Origin: an uncultured bacterium
Lineage (GTDB): Bacteria > Patescibacteriota > Minisyncoccia > Phycocordibacterales > PALSA-1337
Direction of reading: 5' to 3'
Assembly: GCA_963701025.1 (NCBI GenBank)
Contig: OY969557.1
Span: 442,042 to 506,041, forward strand
Length of the DNA stretch: 64,000 bases
The notes under the pieces are model-generated. The model did no database searches and was not told the DNA's origin. It saw nothing but the letters and a program-made list of their open reading frames with translations. The first letter of the stretch is position 1; each line of letters starts with the position of its first letter. A program made the translations under genes and the position numbers. Positions 31,390 through 41,594 of the stretch are shown here, piece by piece.

Positions 31390-32491
31390 TTAACAGCACC
31401 ATCGAGCGACTAACCGCCGCCATTCTGCCTTCGACGGCACGATCTTCGCCTTGATGAGCGCGTCGGCAAGCGCTTCGCCTGAAGCCATCTTTATTTCCAT
31501 GACATCTTCGGGAATACCGCCTTTGGCGAACGTATTCTCGAACGCTTCCTCGGCGGCCGCTGCGGCTTTTTCTCCGTGGAATCTCTTGACGATGTCGGCG
31601 GCGATGACAGCTTTGGCCGCGCGCGGACCGCGAGCCATGATGCTGTCCTTCTCGGACATCGGGATCCGGGTGCAATTCAGGAACAGAGGCTCGATCATCG
31701 GGTCGGGCAAAGCCATGAGCGCGCCGAAGAGATCGTTAGCCGGCTGATCGATGAAGACGCCGGTGCCGTTGGACTTGGACATGAGCTCGACCCGTGGTCG
31801 GATTGGCGACGAGGTTGAGGGCGATGACGAACTTCTCCTTGTTCTTCAGTTGTTTTGAGCAATGTGCGTCCCGCCAAAGCGTTGAATATCTGGTCGGTGC
31901 CGCAGAGCTCGGCATCGACGTCCATGGCCACGCTGTCATAGCCCTGCATCAGAGGGTACATGAATTCATGGAGATGGATCGGCGCGCCTTCCTTGAGGCG
32001 CTTTTGGTACATGTCGCGCTCGATCATCTGTTGGACGGTGAAATTGGAAGCGATATCGAGGATGTCGGCGAATGAGAGCTTGGCGAGCCATTCGGAATTG
32101 TATTTGACCAAGGCGGGGTTCACGTTATCTTTGAAATCGACGATCGGACTTATCTGCTCGCATCCAACCGGCCATGTTCTTCTTTACTTCTTCGGCGGAA
32201 AGTTGCTTGCGCGCGGCCGTCTTGTCCGAAGGATCGCCTATCAGTGCCGTAAAATCGCCGAAAAGAATGATGATCTTCATGGCCAAGCTGACGCAACTCC
32301 TCCAGGAATATCAGATTCTTGGCATGGCCTAGATGGATGGCGGTGAATGTCGGGTCAAGGCCGTAATATATGCGCATGGGTTCGCCGGATAGAAGCTTGC
32401 TCGTAAGAGCATCCTTGGACGGAAAAGCTTCCACGACCGTGCCACGGGCGAATATTTCGTCTATCTTCTTTTGGTCGGTGACTATTTTCAT
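31390..32491 (-). CDS. tyrS: tyrosyl-tRNA synthetase, about 4 single-nt frameshifts
   Basis: HIGH motif (TAIHLGH) and KMSKS in different frames. Junctions at about 32275, 32152, 31850 and 31795. Confidence 0.8.
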
Positions 32492-32739
32492 GCTTTCTTC
32501 GGCCAGACCTTGGCCACGGCCAGAAGATATATGATCTCCAAAATACCCAGCGTATTCACGATGAGAAGGATAACGAACCACCACTTCTCGTTGCGGCGAG
32601 CCGCATGCCAGAGCGCATACCCTTTGAGGACAATAACGACTAGGAATAGCAGGCCGAAGAGTGCCCCGAATGTGCCGAAAGACATGAACGGGCTCATGCC
32701 CCAACCGCCGTATCCGCCGTAATAGAGTGAATGCATCAT
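32488..32739 (-). CDS. small membrane protein with PLDc_N-like motif
   Basis: KWWFVILLIVNTLGILEIIYLL. 4 nt overlap (ATGA) with the tyrS start. Confidence 0.5.
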   Translation of the reverse strand: MMHSLYYGGYGGWGMSPFMSFGTFGALFGLLFLVVIVLKGYALWHAARRNEKWWFVILLIVNTLGILEIIYLLAVAKVWPKKA

Positions 32740-32795
32740 GATAATGATATATGCGCGTTTATGATAATAACGCCCATTATATCATGAATGAGAGA

Positions 32796-33706
32796 CTAGA
32801 AGCCGAAGAGATGCATGAAGAACTGGCCTATGCTTCCAAAGAAACCGCGCTTCTGTCCTTTGTCCATATTGGCATTGGCTGTTCCGTTAGCGGGGCCGGA
32901 TTGATCGATGACCGTCGAGGCAGTGATGGATGTGCCATTGACCGTGCCCTGAACGAGAACCTTGTTGCCGACGACGACGCTCGAAAGAGCGATCGTATTC
33001 TGGCCTTCCAGGATCTTTGCGTTCGAGGCATCGACGGTATACGTCACACTGCTAGTCGTCGTGACGGTAAGAGTCGTGCCGTTCACTGCCGAGACCGTGC
33101 CTTCGACGATCGGTTGTCCGTTCCCGACGAAAGGCGGAGTCGAGGTGGCTCGTTTGCCATCGGTGCCCGGACCGCCCATGCGGCCCATGACGCCGTCAAA
33201 GATGGCTGTGGCTGTGACATTCGTGCCTGTGACCGTGCCTTGGACCGCGACCGTGTCGCCGATGGCGATCGACGAGACCGTGCTCGTGGCATTGCCCTTT
33301 CTCACGGTGGCATTAGTAACATCAACGGTATAGCTGACGGTAGCCGTCGTAGAGCCGAAGCCTTGGCGACCGCTCACGGTGATGATATTGCCGTTCACCG
33401 CCGTGACCGTACCGAATATGCCCGGCTTCATCATGCCAAAACCGCGGCCTCCAATACTGGGATTGCCCTGACCGTGACCTATTCCCGGACCGCCGCGGAC
33501 CATACCGGCGGGATTGACGGTGCCGGTGGCGCCCTTCATAGGACCGTTCCAAACGCCTTTGGGTTGGCCGTTATCACCTGATTGATCGTTATAGCCATTC
33601 TGTTGTTGCCAGAGCCGTTCGTCTCCGCAAAGGCCGGAATGGCCAAAGCCATGCTGGTGACGAGAGCGATGCCCGTACTGATAGAAATGATTTTTTTAGC
33701 GTTCAT
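32796..33706 (-). CDS. secreted repeat protein (two roughly 90 aa beta-rich repeats), frameshift between signal peptide and body
   Basis: Sec signal MNAKKIISISTGIALVTSMALAIPAFA|ET in one frame, then G/N/Q-rich linker and body in the -1 frame. Confidence 0.6.
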
Positions 33707-33819
33707 AACAAATATGCAAGATTAAGCGGATAAAAAGAGAAGGTTCGATAGGCCTTCGTGGGTTATGTACGACACATGTCGGTCAGGGGGTGCAGGATAT
33801 TACGAGGAGGCACAAGACA

Positions 33820-34773
33820 TTATGCAACCTGCAAGATAAATAACTCGCCGGGAAAATGCGCCGACTTTTCAACAGAACGATCCTTGCGCAAGATGACGTA
33901 TTCAAAGTCATAGGCATCGGTGAGCGCGGAAGCGGGCACGAAGAACAGGCATGTCGCAAGGCCGTCGGCGATGAGAGCTGTCGCGGATGTGACCCACACG
34001 GCGATGATATCGGACGGCGAGATGAGAGTCTTCGGATTGATAATATGGGTGAACGTCCCCCATTTCCGCCGGTTGCCGGCGGAGCCACAAATGCTTCCAC
34101 CTTCAAGGACGCACACACCGATGACTTTCTCTGCATTGTCCGGATCTTCCAGGCCGACGCGGATCGACGTCTTATTCACGTCGGCCTTTTGGTCCGTATC
34201 CGGCTTTTTATTTTTATACAGGATATCCCCTCCCGCGTTTATGCCGTAATGAAAAATACCGTTCGCTTCGAGCACGCCCCCCACGAGGTCGATGAGATAC
34301 CCTTTACCCGCGGCGCCAAAATCGAGCAATACCGGCTGTCTGACGACCATGATCGGAGGTCGAGCGGGCCCGGAATTGTGCCTGCCGGATTTGGAAGGAC
34401 GATATTCGATAGCCTCATCCCAGGCCGGCGGCGTCTTCAATTCCCCTTTTTTCCGCAACGAATATCGCGCGTCATATCCCGCATCGGAGATGAGATCGCC
34501 GATCATCGGCGTGACGAGGCCATTCGTCTTTATATAAAGGTCATGATAGAGCGAGATCATGGCATCCGCGTCGAGCGGCAATTCATACGTCCCCGCTTCT
34601 TTCGACATCTTCGTGACGAGCGAGTCGGGGCGAAAACGTGAATATGCCAGGTCGAAAGCATCGATGCGAGCCTTGATCCTGGACAAGAGCTCGGCTTCCC
34701 CGGCTACATCAAGCTCCTCGAATATATCTATCCGCCAGGTCGTGCCTATGGCTTGGAAATCGAATCTGGCCAT
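33820..34773 (-). CDS. apbE: FAD:protein FMN transferase (ApbE family)
   Basis: LDFGAAGKGYLIDL, INAGGDI, HIINPKT motifs. Confidence 0.8.
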   Translation of the reverse strand: MARFDFQAIGTTWRIDIFEELDVAGEAELLSRIKARIDAFDLAYSRFRPDSLVTKMSKEAGTYELPLDADAMISLYHDLYIKTNGLVTPMIGDLISDAGYDARYSLRKKGELKTPPAWDEAIEYRPSKSGRHNSGPARPPIMVVRQPVLLDFGAAGKGYLIDLVGGVLEANGIFHYGINAGGDILYKNKKPDTDQKADVNKTSIRVGLEDPDNAEKVIGVCVLEGGSICGSAGNRRKWGTFTHIINPKTLISPSDIIAVWVTSATALIADGLATCLFFVPASALTDAYDFEYVILRKDRSVEKSAHFPGELFILQVA

Positions 34774-34803
34774 AACAATGTTATTATCGCAGGATTTTAT
34801 TTT

Positions 34804-35412
34804 CTACGCTTTGGCCTGCGCCTCTATCTGCGAGAGAGCGTCATCGAAGCCGATGGGAGTGAGCGATGAGCCGGAGACGTAGGTCAGGTTGACGCTGGCG
34901 ATATTATAGCCGATGACGTATTGCTTGTAACCGGAAATGAAATAGTTCTGATACCTCTCTGAAGTCCTGTCGCCCGCGGCCGGAGTGACGGAGACCGAGG
35001 TGATGACGTCGTTCGTGAGAGTGAGCGTGACCATGATCTGATCTTCCCCGCCCGGGGACATGTATGAGCCGGTCGCCGAATACGTTCCGTCCTTGTAGAC
35101 GGAGGCGGTCTGTTTCGGAACCGTCGCCGGAGGAAGCGTCGAAACAGTCGGCGCAGGGGTTACCGGTGTAGGCGTGGTGGACACGGGAATATTCACACAC
35201 TTTTGATCGTCGTCATCTCCTGAACATTTGAGGACGTAAGTGGTCTTGGAAGTGACAATTGGAGAAGGCAGTAGCACCTGGGCAGTGGTAATCGGAATAA
35301 ATGCAGAAGTGTTCGACCTTTCTGACACAAAAGTAACGCCGCCGACTCCGCCGATGACGAGCAGAGCGACGATGATGCCGACGAGCCTGTGTGTTGGATT
35401 GAATGGTTCCAT
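34804..35412 (-). CDS. membrane-anchored FMN-binding domain protein (ApbE substrate)
   Basis: N-terminal TM, FMN_bind domain with flavinylation-type motif YVSGSSLT and SATGSY. Confidence 0.7.
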   Translation of the reverse strand: MEPFNPTHRLVGIIVALLVIGGVGGVTFVSERSNTSAFIPITTAQVLLPSPIVTSKTTYVLKCSGDDDDQKCVNIPVSTTPTPVTPAPTVSTLPPATVPKQTASVYKDGTYSATGSYMSPGGEDQIMVTLTLTNDVITSVSVTPAAGDRTSERYQNYFISGYKQYVIGYNIASVNLTYVSGSSLTPIGFDDALSQIEAQAKA

Positions 35413-35417
35413 AGGGT

Positions 35418-35855
35418 CTATACGAATCTTTTAGGAGGCGCCGACGGCGGTTGCGCGGATATGCGCTTTTTCTTGCGCTGGATGCAAAGCGGATCAGGGC
35501 CATTCATGAATACGACGAGCAGAGCGACGGCCAAACCGAAGTCCCTGACACCGATCTCCCCGTAACCGATGACGTACATGATGTCAAATAAGTGAAGTGC
35601 CAGGAGCAGAGCCGCGAGCCGCGTTTGCCAGCCGAAGACCAGCATGAGGCCAAAGACCAATTCGAAAATCGCATTCACGGACACCAGGACGCCGGCGCTT
35701 ATACCAGTCAAAGCGACAAGCGAAGGCGGTATGTACGCCGTCCAGAGGCTGTTGTGCAGGAATTGCTGTAGGCTGAACCAGAGGACGACGGCCGCTAGGC
35801 CATAGCGGAGCACGCTTGACGCGTATCGTTCAAGGAATAAAGTCAGTCTTTGCAT
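35418..35855 (-). CDS. DoxX family membrane protein
   Basis: 4 TM helices, DoxX-like. Confidence 0.6.
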   Translation of the reverse strand: MQRLTLFLERYASSVLRYGLAAVVLWFSLQQFLHNSLWTAYIPPSLVALTGISAGVLVSVNAIFELVFGLMLVFGWQTRLAALLLALHLFDIMYVIGYGEIGVRDFGLAVALLVVFMNGPDPLCIQRKKKRISAQPPSAPPKRFV

Positions 35856-35992
35856 ATATGAAATATCGGCCTTATGCCGTCACATATATACGAAGAAGAG
35901 GAAAAAAGGGTGCCTGAAATGAGGTGTGCGAGTCGGAGGTATAAAAAGAAGGGTGCCCGCGCAAGCGAACGCCCTTCGGTGGTTTTCTTCAT

Positions 35993-36550
35993 TTAGAGGC
36001 TTTCGATCGTCTTGCAGAGCTCTTGCCACGAACCGACCCGTTTCGCAATCGATCCTTCGTCAATATGACTGTTGTAGCCCCACGAGAATAGAAAGCGGTG
36101 CGGGACGATGCCGACGAGCGGCTCGAGCTTTTCGAGATCGTCGTCAATGTAGACATTGAGTCCGGCACATGCGCTCGCCTTGCTCACGCCGTAACCGACA
36201 CCGATGAAATCGAGAGCGAGACCCTTCTTCACGCTCCATTCTTTGGCGATCTCAAGTTCGACTTCGCCACGGGAAGTAACGATGAGAAACTTATGCCCTA
36301 AAGCAAGCAATTGAGGGACGGATTCAAGCATTCCAACGACAGGTTCCATGAGAAAGCCGACTTCCCGTGTTCCGTAGATGATCTTTTGGAGATTGCGGTA
36401 TTGTTCGGCGGTCAGGTGTCCCTCGCCGATTACGATTTCCTTCTTGAACTTCTCCGGAGGAATGTCTAGCCCATAAATTTTTTTGGCGGCATCTGATTTA
36501 AGTTTTCCACAGTCAGATATCACGCCGTCAAAATCGAGTCCGATTTTCAT
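35993..36550 (-). CDS. HAD-superfamily hydrolase (5'-nucleotidase-like)
   Basis: Motif I DFDGV at the N-terminus. Confidence 0.6.
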   Translation of the reverse strand: MKIGLDFDGVISDCGKLKSDAAKKIYGLDIPPEKFKKEIVIGEGHLTAEQYRNLQKIIYGTREVGFLMEPVVGMLESVPQLLALGHKFLIVTSRGEVELEIAKEWSVKKGLALDFIGVGYGVSKASACAGLNVYIDDDLEKLEPLVGIVPHRFLFSWGYNSHIDEGSIAKRVGSWQELCKTIESL

Positions 36551-36667
36551 TCGTTTCTTCTTTCTTTTTATGGTTCAGGTTTGTTTATGGACATTAGAGC
36601 ATATAGGCTCAATATTTGAAAGCTTAAGATGAGGTAGTAATGACACACAAATGCTTACTTGTCAATG

Positions 36668-36754
36668 CGGAGACGGTGGGATTCGAACCCACGAGGAGGT
36701 TGCCCCCCTAACACCTTAGCACGGTGCCGCTTTCGACCGCTCAGCCACGTCTCC
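36668..36754 (-). tRNA. tRNA-Ser(GCU)
   Basis: Long variable arm, anticodon loop GUGCUAA, GGTTCGAATCC T-arm. Confidence 0.85.
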
Positions 36755-36818
36755 AACGCACGAGCGCGAACCTGGCCATTCTTGCATAAAATCCGTCATT
36801 TATCAAAAAGAAAAATAA

Positions 36819-39149
36819 ATGTGCGATAATGTCGGCATGATATTGGACGCCTCGATATCCGAACAATTCCGCATCACCCCGATGCAGAAAGCGGCTCTGA
36901 AGAAGCTCGGCATGGAGACGATCCGCGATCTGCTCTATCACTTCCCCGTCCGCTACGGCGACACGGCCGAAGCAAGGAACATAGATTCGCTGGCCCAAGG
37001 CGATACGGCTGTCATATTCGGGAAAATAACTGGCCTCAAGGCGAGCAAAGGATTCAAGACAAAGATGACCATGGCCGACGGCTACGTGGAAGATGAGACT
37101 GGCCGAGTCCACTGCGTCTGGTTCAACCAGCCCTACCTGGCCAAGATGACGCCCGAAGGAGTGCTCGTGCGCATTGAGGGAAAGATATCGCAGAGGAGAA
37201 AGAAGCAGGTAGAAGGAAGTATGGAGAAAGAAGAAAGCGGTAAGGAGAAAGGGGGTGGCGAACTGTACTTCTCCAACCCAAAGCTGGAAGTGGTGAATAA
37301 AGTGCCCATAGGCGTCGGTGATTCGCTTTTCGGCGCGGAAGGCGAAGACCATGCCCTATATCCGGTGTATCCGGAGTCGCGCGGCATCACTTCGAGCTGG
37401 CTTTACCACGCCATCCAAAAGATATTCAAAAGCGGCATATTGAATGAGATGGCCGACACTTTGCCGGGACACATCCTGGTCAAGTATCACCTGCCGAGCC
37501 TGAAGACCGCTCTCGTCTGGATACACGCCCCGCACAAGCGCGAAGACGCCCTGTCGGCCCGCAAGCGTTTTTCATTCGAGGAGATATTCACCATCCAGCT
37601 AGGGAAACAACAGGCGAGGGCGGAATACGAAGCCCATCCGGCATTCGCCGTGGAGACCGACGACGCTCACGTGGATGAATTCATCCGGCGCTTCCCCTTC
37701 CAGGCGACCGACGCCCAGCGCCGGGCTATCGGCGTCATAGTAGACGACATGCGCCGCGATCACGCCATGTCGCGCCTCTTGGAAGGAGACGTTGGCTCGG
37801 GCAAAACGGCCGTAGCCGCGGCAACGGCGTACGGCATCATCACTTCGAAGCCGCCGAAAAATACCGCGAATGTATTGGCAAAAGCGGCGAGCGGATCCGG
37901 CTTCACTCTGGCCAAGTCAGCCAGCGCCGCTGGCCGCGGAAATCTCCAAGTGGCCTACATGTGCCCGACCGAGATCCTGGCCACCCAGCAATTCGAGTCG
38001 TTCATACAATACTTTTCATACATGCCCATCCAGATCGGTCTCATCACCGGCTCCGGGTGCCGCAAATTCCCCTCCAAGGTCAATCCAAAGGGCTCGACGG
38101 ATATATCGCGTGCGCAATTATTGAAATGGGTCGAGAGCGGCGACATCCACGTCCTCGTCGGCACCCACGCTCTCATCCAAAAATCCGTCAAATTCAAGAA
38201 CCTAGCTTACTCCATCATCGACGAGCAACACCGGTTCGGCACGGCTCAACGGGCGGCGCTCATCAGGAAAAATCAATCGTCCTCCGGCGCAGGCACGAGC
38301 GGCGCTCTCGCCCCGCATCTTCTTTCCATGACCGCGACTCCCATACCGCGGACGCTCGCTTTAACCTTGTATGGCGACCTCGATCTGACCCTGCTCGACG
38401 AATCGCCGGCTGGCAGGAAGCCTATCATCACTGAACTGGTCCTGCCGGACGGCCGCCAAGAGGTCTACGAGAAAGTCCGCCGCGAATTGGCCGGAGGCCG
38501 TCAGGCATACGTCATCTGCCCGCGTATCGATGAACCGGACCCGGACAAGGAGCTCGCTTTGAACGCCAAATCGGTCAAAGAAGAGGCCAAACGATTGAAA
38601 AGATCTGTCTTTCCAGAATATGAGATCGGCGTACTGCACGGCAAGATGCCGGCCGCGGACAAGGAAAGCGTCATGGCCGATTTCAAAGACGGAAAGATAC
38701 GGATCCTTTGCGCCACGTCCGTGGTCGAGGTCGGAGTGAATGTGCCGAACGCGACCGTGATATTGATCGAAGGAGCAGAACGATTTGGCTTGGCGCAATT
38801 GCATCAATTGCGAGGCAGAGTGATGAGAAGCACGCATCAGGCCTATTGCTACGCCTTCACCGAGACTGACTCGGCTAAGTCCATAGAACGGCTGAAAGCC
38901 CTGCGGAATGCCAAGAACGGCTTCGAGCTGGCCGAGCTAGACCTGGCACAGCGCGGCTCCGGCGCCCTTGCCGGCATGCGCCAATGGGGCGTCTCCGACG
39001 TCGCCATGGAAGCTTTGAAGAATTTAAAGATGGTCGAAGCCGCCCGGACAGAGGCTATACGCCTCATAGAAGAAGACCATGAATTGTCCCGCTATCCCGA
39101 CCTCAAGAAAGAAGTAGCCGCGCGAAAGAAAGATCTCCACTTCGAGTGA
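36819..39149 (+). CDS. recG: ATP-dependent DNA helicase RecG (with GA-rich in-frame insert)
   Basis: Wedge domain, DEAD-like helicase motifs (GDVGSGKT, DEQHRFG), C-terminal helicase domain. Confidence 0.9.
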   Translation: MCDNVGMILDASISEQFRITPMQKAALKKLGMETIRDLLYHFPVRYGDTAEARNIDSLAQGDTAVIFGKITGLKASKGFKTKMTMADGYVEDETGRVHCVWFNQPYLAKMTPEGVLVRIEGKISQRRKKQVEGSMEKEESGKEKGGGELYFSNPKLEVVNKVPIGVGDSLFGAEGEDHALYPVYPESRGITSSWLYHAIQKIFKSGILNEMADTLPGHILVKYHLPSLKTALVWIHAPHKREDALSARKRFSFEEIFTIQLGKQQARAEYEAHPAFAVETDDAHVDEFIRRFPFQATDAQRRAIGVIVDDMRRDHAMSRLLEGDVGSGKTAVAAATAYGIITSKPPKNTANVLAKAASGSGFTLAKSASAAGRGNLQVAYMCPTEILATQQFESFIQYFSYMPIQIGLITGSGCRKFPSKVNPKGSTDISRAQLLKWVESGDIHVLVGTHALIQKSVKFKNLAYSIIDEQHRFGTAQRAALIRKNQSSSGAGTSGALAPHLLSMTATPIPRTLALTLYGDLDLTLLDESPAGRKPIITELVLPDGRQEVYEKVRRELAGGRQAYVICPRIDEPDPDKELALNAKSVKEEAKRLKRSVFPEYEIGVLHGKMPAADKESVMADFKDGKIRILCATSVVEVGVNVPNATVILIEGAERFGLAQLHQLRGRVMRSTHQAYCYAFTETDSAKSIERLKALRNAKNGFELAELDLAQRGSGALAGMRQWGVSDVAMEALKNLKMVEAARTEAIRLIEEDHELSRYPDLKKEVAARKKDLHFE

Positions 39150-39162
39150 CCTTGACAAATCA

Positions 39163-39759
39163 ATGGAAAAGAGTATCTTTTCACCTTGGAGGTCCTGGAT
39201 CGTACATTCAGGAAAAATGTTTGAAATAAAAAACGTAGTCATATGTCGGAGGACAATCATTATGCAAAAGATACACAGGAAATTGCCGAACCCCGTCAGC
39301 ACATTGAACAAGATTAACGGGATGTTCCATCAACTGCTTTTGAGACACCAGAACCTGAAAGCATACCTGAAGAGGAATGCCGAGCCGTTTTGGGAGTTAC
39401 TGACCTCGAAGGCGGCCGCGAATCACATGCGGAGAACCGAGCTTATTTATGTGCTCGAGCGCTTTGATCTGAACGACGGCAGCAGCATCACCATTTCCAT
39501 CGTCTTTCCTCTCGCGGGCATGCCGAGCATCATTCTGACGAAATTCGAATTTGACGCGAACGTTGAAGCGATGGTCCATCACCAGATCGGCTACGAGAAG
39601 CTGCAGACCATCAGCCGTTTCATCTGGCAAAAATTGCTCTTTCTCAGCAAGGGGACGTCGGTCCTTCTCGGAAACATCGTCGCACACTTCAGCCTGCATA
39701 AAGTGTGCCCGACTCTGATGGCGTTCGTGAATCCCCTGTTAACGACCTCTGTACCTTGA
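39163..39759 (+). CDS. hypothetical protein (AT-rich island)
   Basis: ORF in a lower-GC segment; no motif recognised. Confidence 0.4.
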   Translation: MEKSIFSPWRSWIVHSGKMFEIKNVVICRRTIIMQKIHRKLPNPVSTLNKINGMFHQLLLRHQNLKAYLKRNAEPFWELLTSKAAANHMRRTELIYVLERFDLNDGSSITISIVFPLAGMPSIILTKFEFDANVEAMVHHQIGYEKLQTISRFIWQKLLFLSKGTSVLLGNIVAHFSLHKVCPTLMAFVNPLLTTSVP

Positions 39760-40020
39760 ATACTGGACGTATTTCCGGTTTCCACCAGACTGTCACTGCG
39801 CACTGCGCGGCGACGGTCTTTTTTAAATGTCCCCCAGAGCGAGCCATACCTCGAACTTGGGACAGAATTCTTACTACTTTGGCACGGTTAAATGAGCAGG
39901 GTTTGCTTCCTGATTTAAGTGCAATCGCTGGTTTACAGGGGCATGATAGCAAAGAGGAGATTTAGTTGAAGACGTGGAGGTTTGTCGGAAGGGGCAAAAG
40001 AAACACTCCTTGTCTTTAAA

Positions 40021-40674
40021 TTACTTGATAACCATGGCCGTTTTATCTCCGTGGCAGATTAAGCTTTTCATATCCCAGGCAAGATAACGCATATATGTTT
40101 GATCATCCTCAGTCGCCTCGCTGGTAATAAGTTTCTGGATGCTTTTGAGAAAATACCCCCGTGCCGATATCGTAGCCTCGCCGGCAGTATGACCCTTGGC
40201 CAAGGAGACGATGACGTGATTAGCCGGTGTCAGAAACATATCTGCAGTTTTGTCTCCGAGTGGCCGGCTCATTTTGTCCGGTGATATGAAGAATATGAAA
40301 TCCTCTTCATAGCCAATATAGGCGCTAGCACCAGCTTTGATAGCAGCCGGTCCAAGCATTTGACCCGAACTGCAGGACAAGGCGTATGTGACCATGTCCT
40401 TCAAAACACCTTCGTTCTTACCGGCCACAACGAGTATTTGATTGTTATGTCCGGTCACAACATCGGGACCACCGTGACCATTCAGGAAAATCAAGGACGG
40501 ACAATGCTTCTGGATCATACTATCTAGAACCGAGGAGATGGCTCGTTCTTTGGCAAGAACAATGAACTGAAGGTTCTTTGACTTCAATTCTTCGATAGTC
40601 TTCACAGCCCAAGCGGAAATGTATCGTGTTGTCGAGTCAGATTTAGGAGTTGTTACTAGTGCTATATTGCTCAT
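40021..40674 (-). CDS. caspase-like (peptidase C14/CHAT-fold) domain protein, putative
   Basis: LIFLNGHGG (His) and, about 44 aa later, YALSCSSG (Cys), matching the caspase His-Cys dyad spacing. Confidence 0.35.
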   Translation of the reverse strand: MSNIALVTTPKSDSTTRYISAWAVKTIEELKSKNLQFIVLAKERAISSVLDSMIQKHCPSLIFLNGHGGPDVVTGHNNQILVVAGKNEGVLKDMVTYALSCSSGQMLGPAAIKAGASAYIGYEEDFIFFISPDKMSRPLGDKTADMFLTPANHVIVSLAKGHTAGEATISARGYFLKSIQKLITSEATEDDQTYMRYLAWDMKSLICHGDKTAMVIK

Positions 40675-40885
40675 AGAATATGCCTTCTTTCATTGACCGC
40701 AGAAAATCCATCTCGATTGCAACAATCTTCTTGCCAACCTCATCGTCTTTTTTGACATGTTCAATAAGTCTGTCCTTAGTGAATTCACCGGACGAACCAA
40801 TTGACATCTCCTTGTCTGCCGGGAGTTTCTGCAGACGGGCTATTACCAAATCAATGATTTCTTTTTCTGTGTCCGTAGTATTCAT
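40643..40885 (-). CDS. small hypothetical protein (80 aa), operon partner
   Basis: Overlapping start/stop with both neighbours. Confidence 0.4.
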   Translation of the reverse strand: MNTTDTEKEIIDLVIARLQKLPADKEMSIGSSGEFTKDRLIEHVKKDDEVGKKIVAIEMDFLRSMKEGIFYEQYSTSNNS

Positions 40886-41073
40886 ATAATTTTAAGCTCT
40901 ATTAGCTTCTCGACAATGATATCGCCTAATTTGGTGTCGTTGCTCACTTCAATATACGCGACATTCCAGGTAATTGGCCCTTTATCGGGCAACACGAGAA
41001 TTACTTGGTCCCGTAGACCAATAGGCAGGTTGGCATACACACTGAAAAATTTGTCCTTGGGAAGTGTTGTCAT
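40882..41073 (-). CDS. small hypothetical protein (63 aa), first gene of 3-gene operon
   Basis: ATGA overlap with the downstream gene. Confidence 0.4.
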   Translation of the reverse strand: MTTLPKDKFFSVYANLPIGLRDQVILVLPDKGPITWNVAYIEVSNDTKLGDIIVEKLIELKII

Positions 41074-41296
41074 ATCCTTTGTTGCTCATATTATACCATG
41101 TGTAGCTATTGGTCAAAGACGGTAAATCACATATGTGCTTACAAAAAATATTAGGGGAAGGGTGCTAAGAACGACACTCTTCTACGAGTTCAATTGTTCC
41201 CTGTGATGTTCTCTTGATAACATTTTTGCGGATGAGTGCGTCCACTACTTTCATGCCAGACCAACATCTCATAGACTTTGAGATCGTGTAATCAAG

Positions 41297-41350
41297 TGTT
41301 TACCTGTTTACCTACTTTTACCTCATTTTGACCCTATGCTGTTTACCTAA
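41297..41350 (+). repeat. iteron-like GTTTACCT x4 direct repeats adjacent to tRNA-Ile
   Basis: gtttacctgtttacctacttttacctcattttgaccctatgctgtttaccta. Confidence 0.5.
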
Positions 41351-41423
41351 AACATCGAACCTGAATTTCATTCCATTGTTGAGCCACTTATGGAGTGAAT
41401 ATTTGCCGTTTCTACCAAGTTTG

Positions 41424-41497
41424 TCCGCCCTCTTGGATTCGAACCAAGGACCGCAGAGGTATAAGCTCTGTGCTCTAACCAACTGAGCTAAGGGCGG
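41424..41497 (-). tRNA. tRNA-Ile(UAU)
   Basis: Anticodon loop CUUAUAC. GGTTCGAATCC T-arm. Acceptor stem CCGCCCT/AGGGCGG. Confidence 0.75.
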
Positions 41498-41594
41498 CTA
41501 TCTATAGCGTTCGCTTATCATAAGTCAAAGACCCTTCATACACAACTGCGGAGAACAAAAAGCCGCACCATGGTGCGGCGGCGGGAAGAAACTC

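Noticed and set aside
40021-40674. Macro-domain or SLOG-domain assignment for the 217 aa island protein
   Set aside because: The diagnostic glycine-rich motifs (GGGV..AI / PGGxGT) are absent. The His...Cys spacing fits a caspase-like fold better, although this remains tentative.
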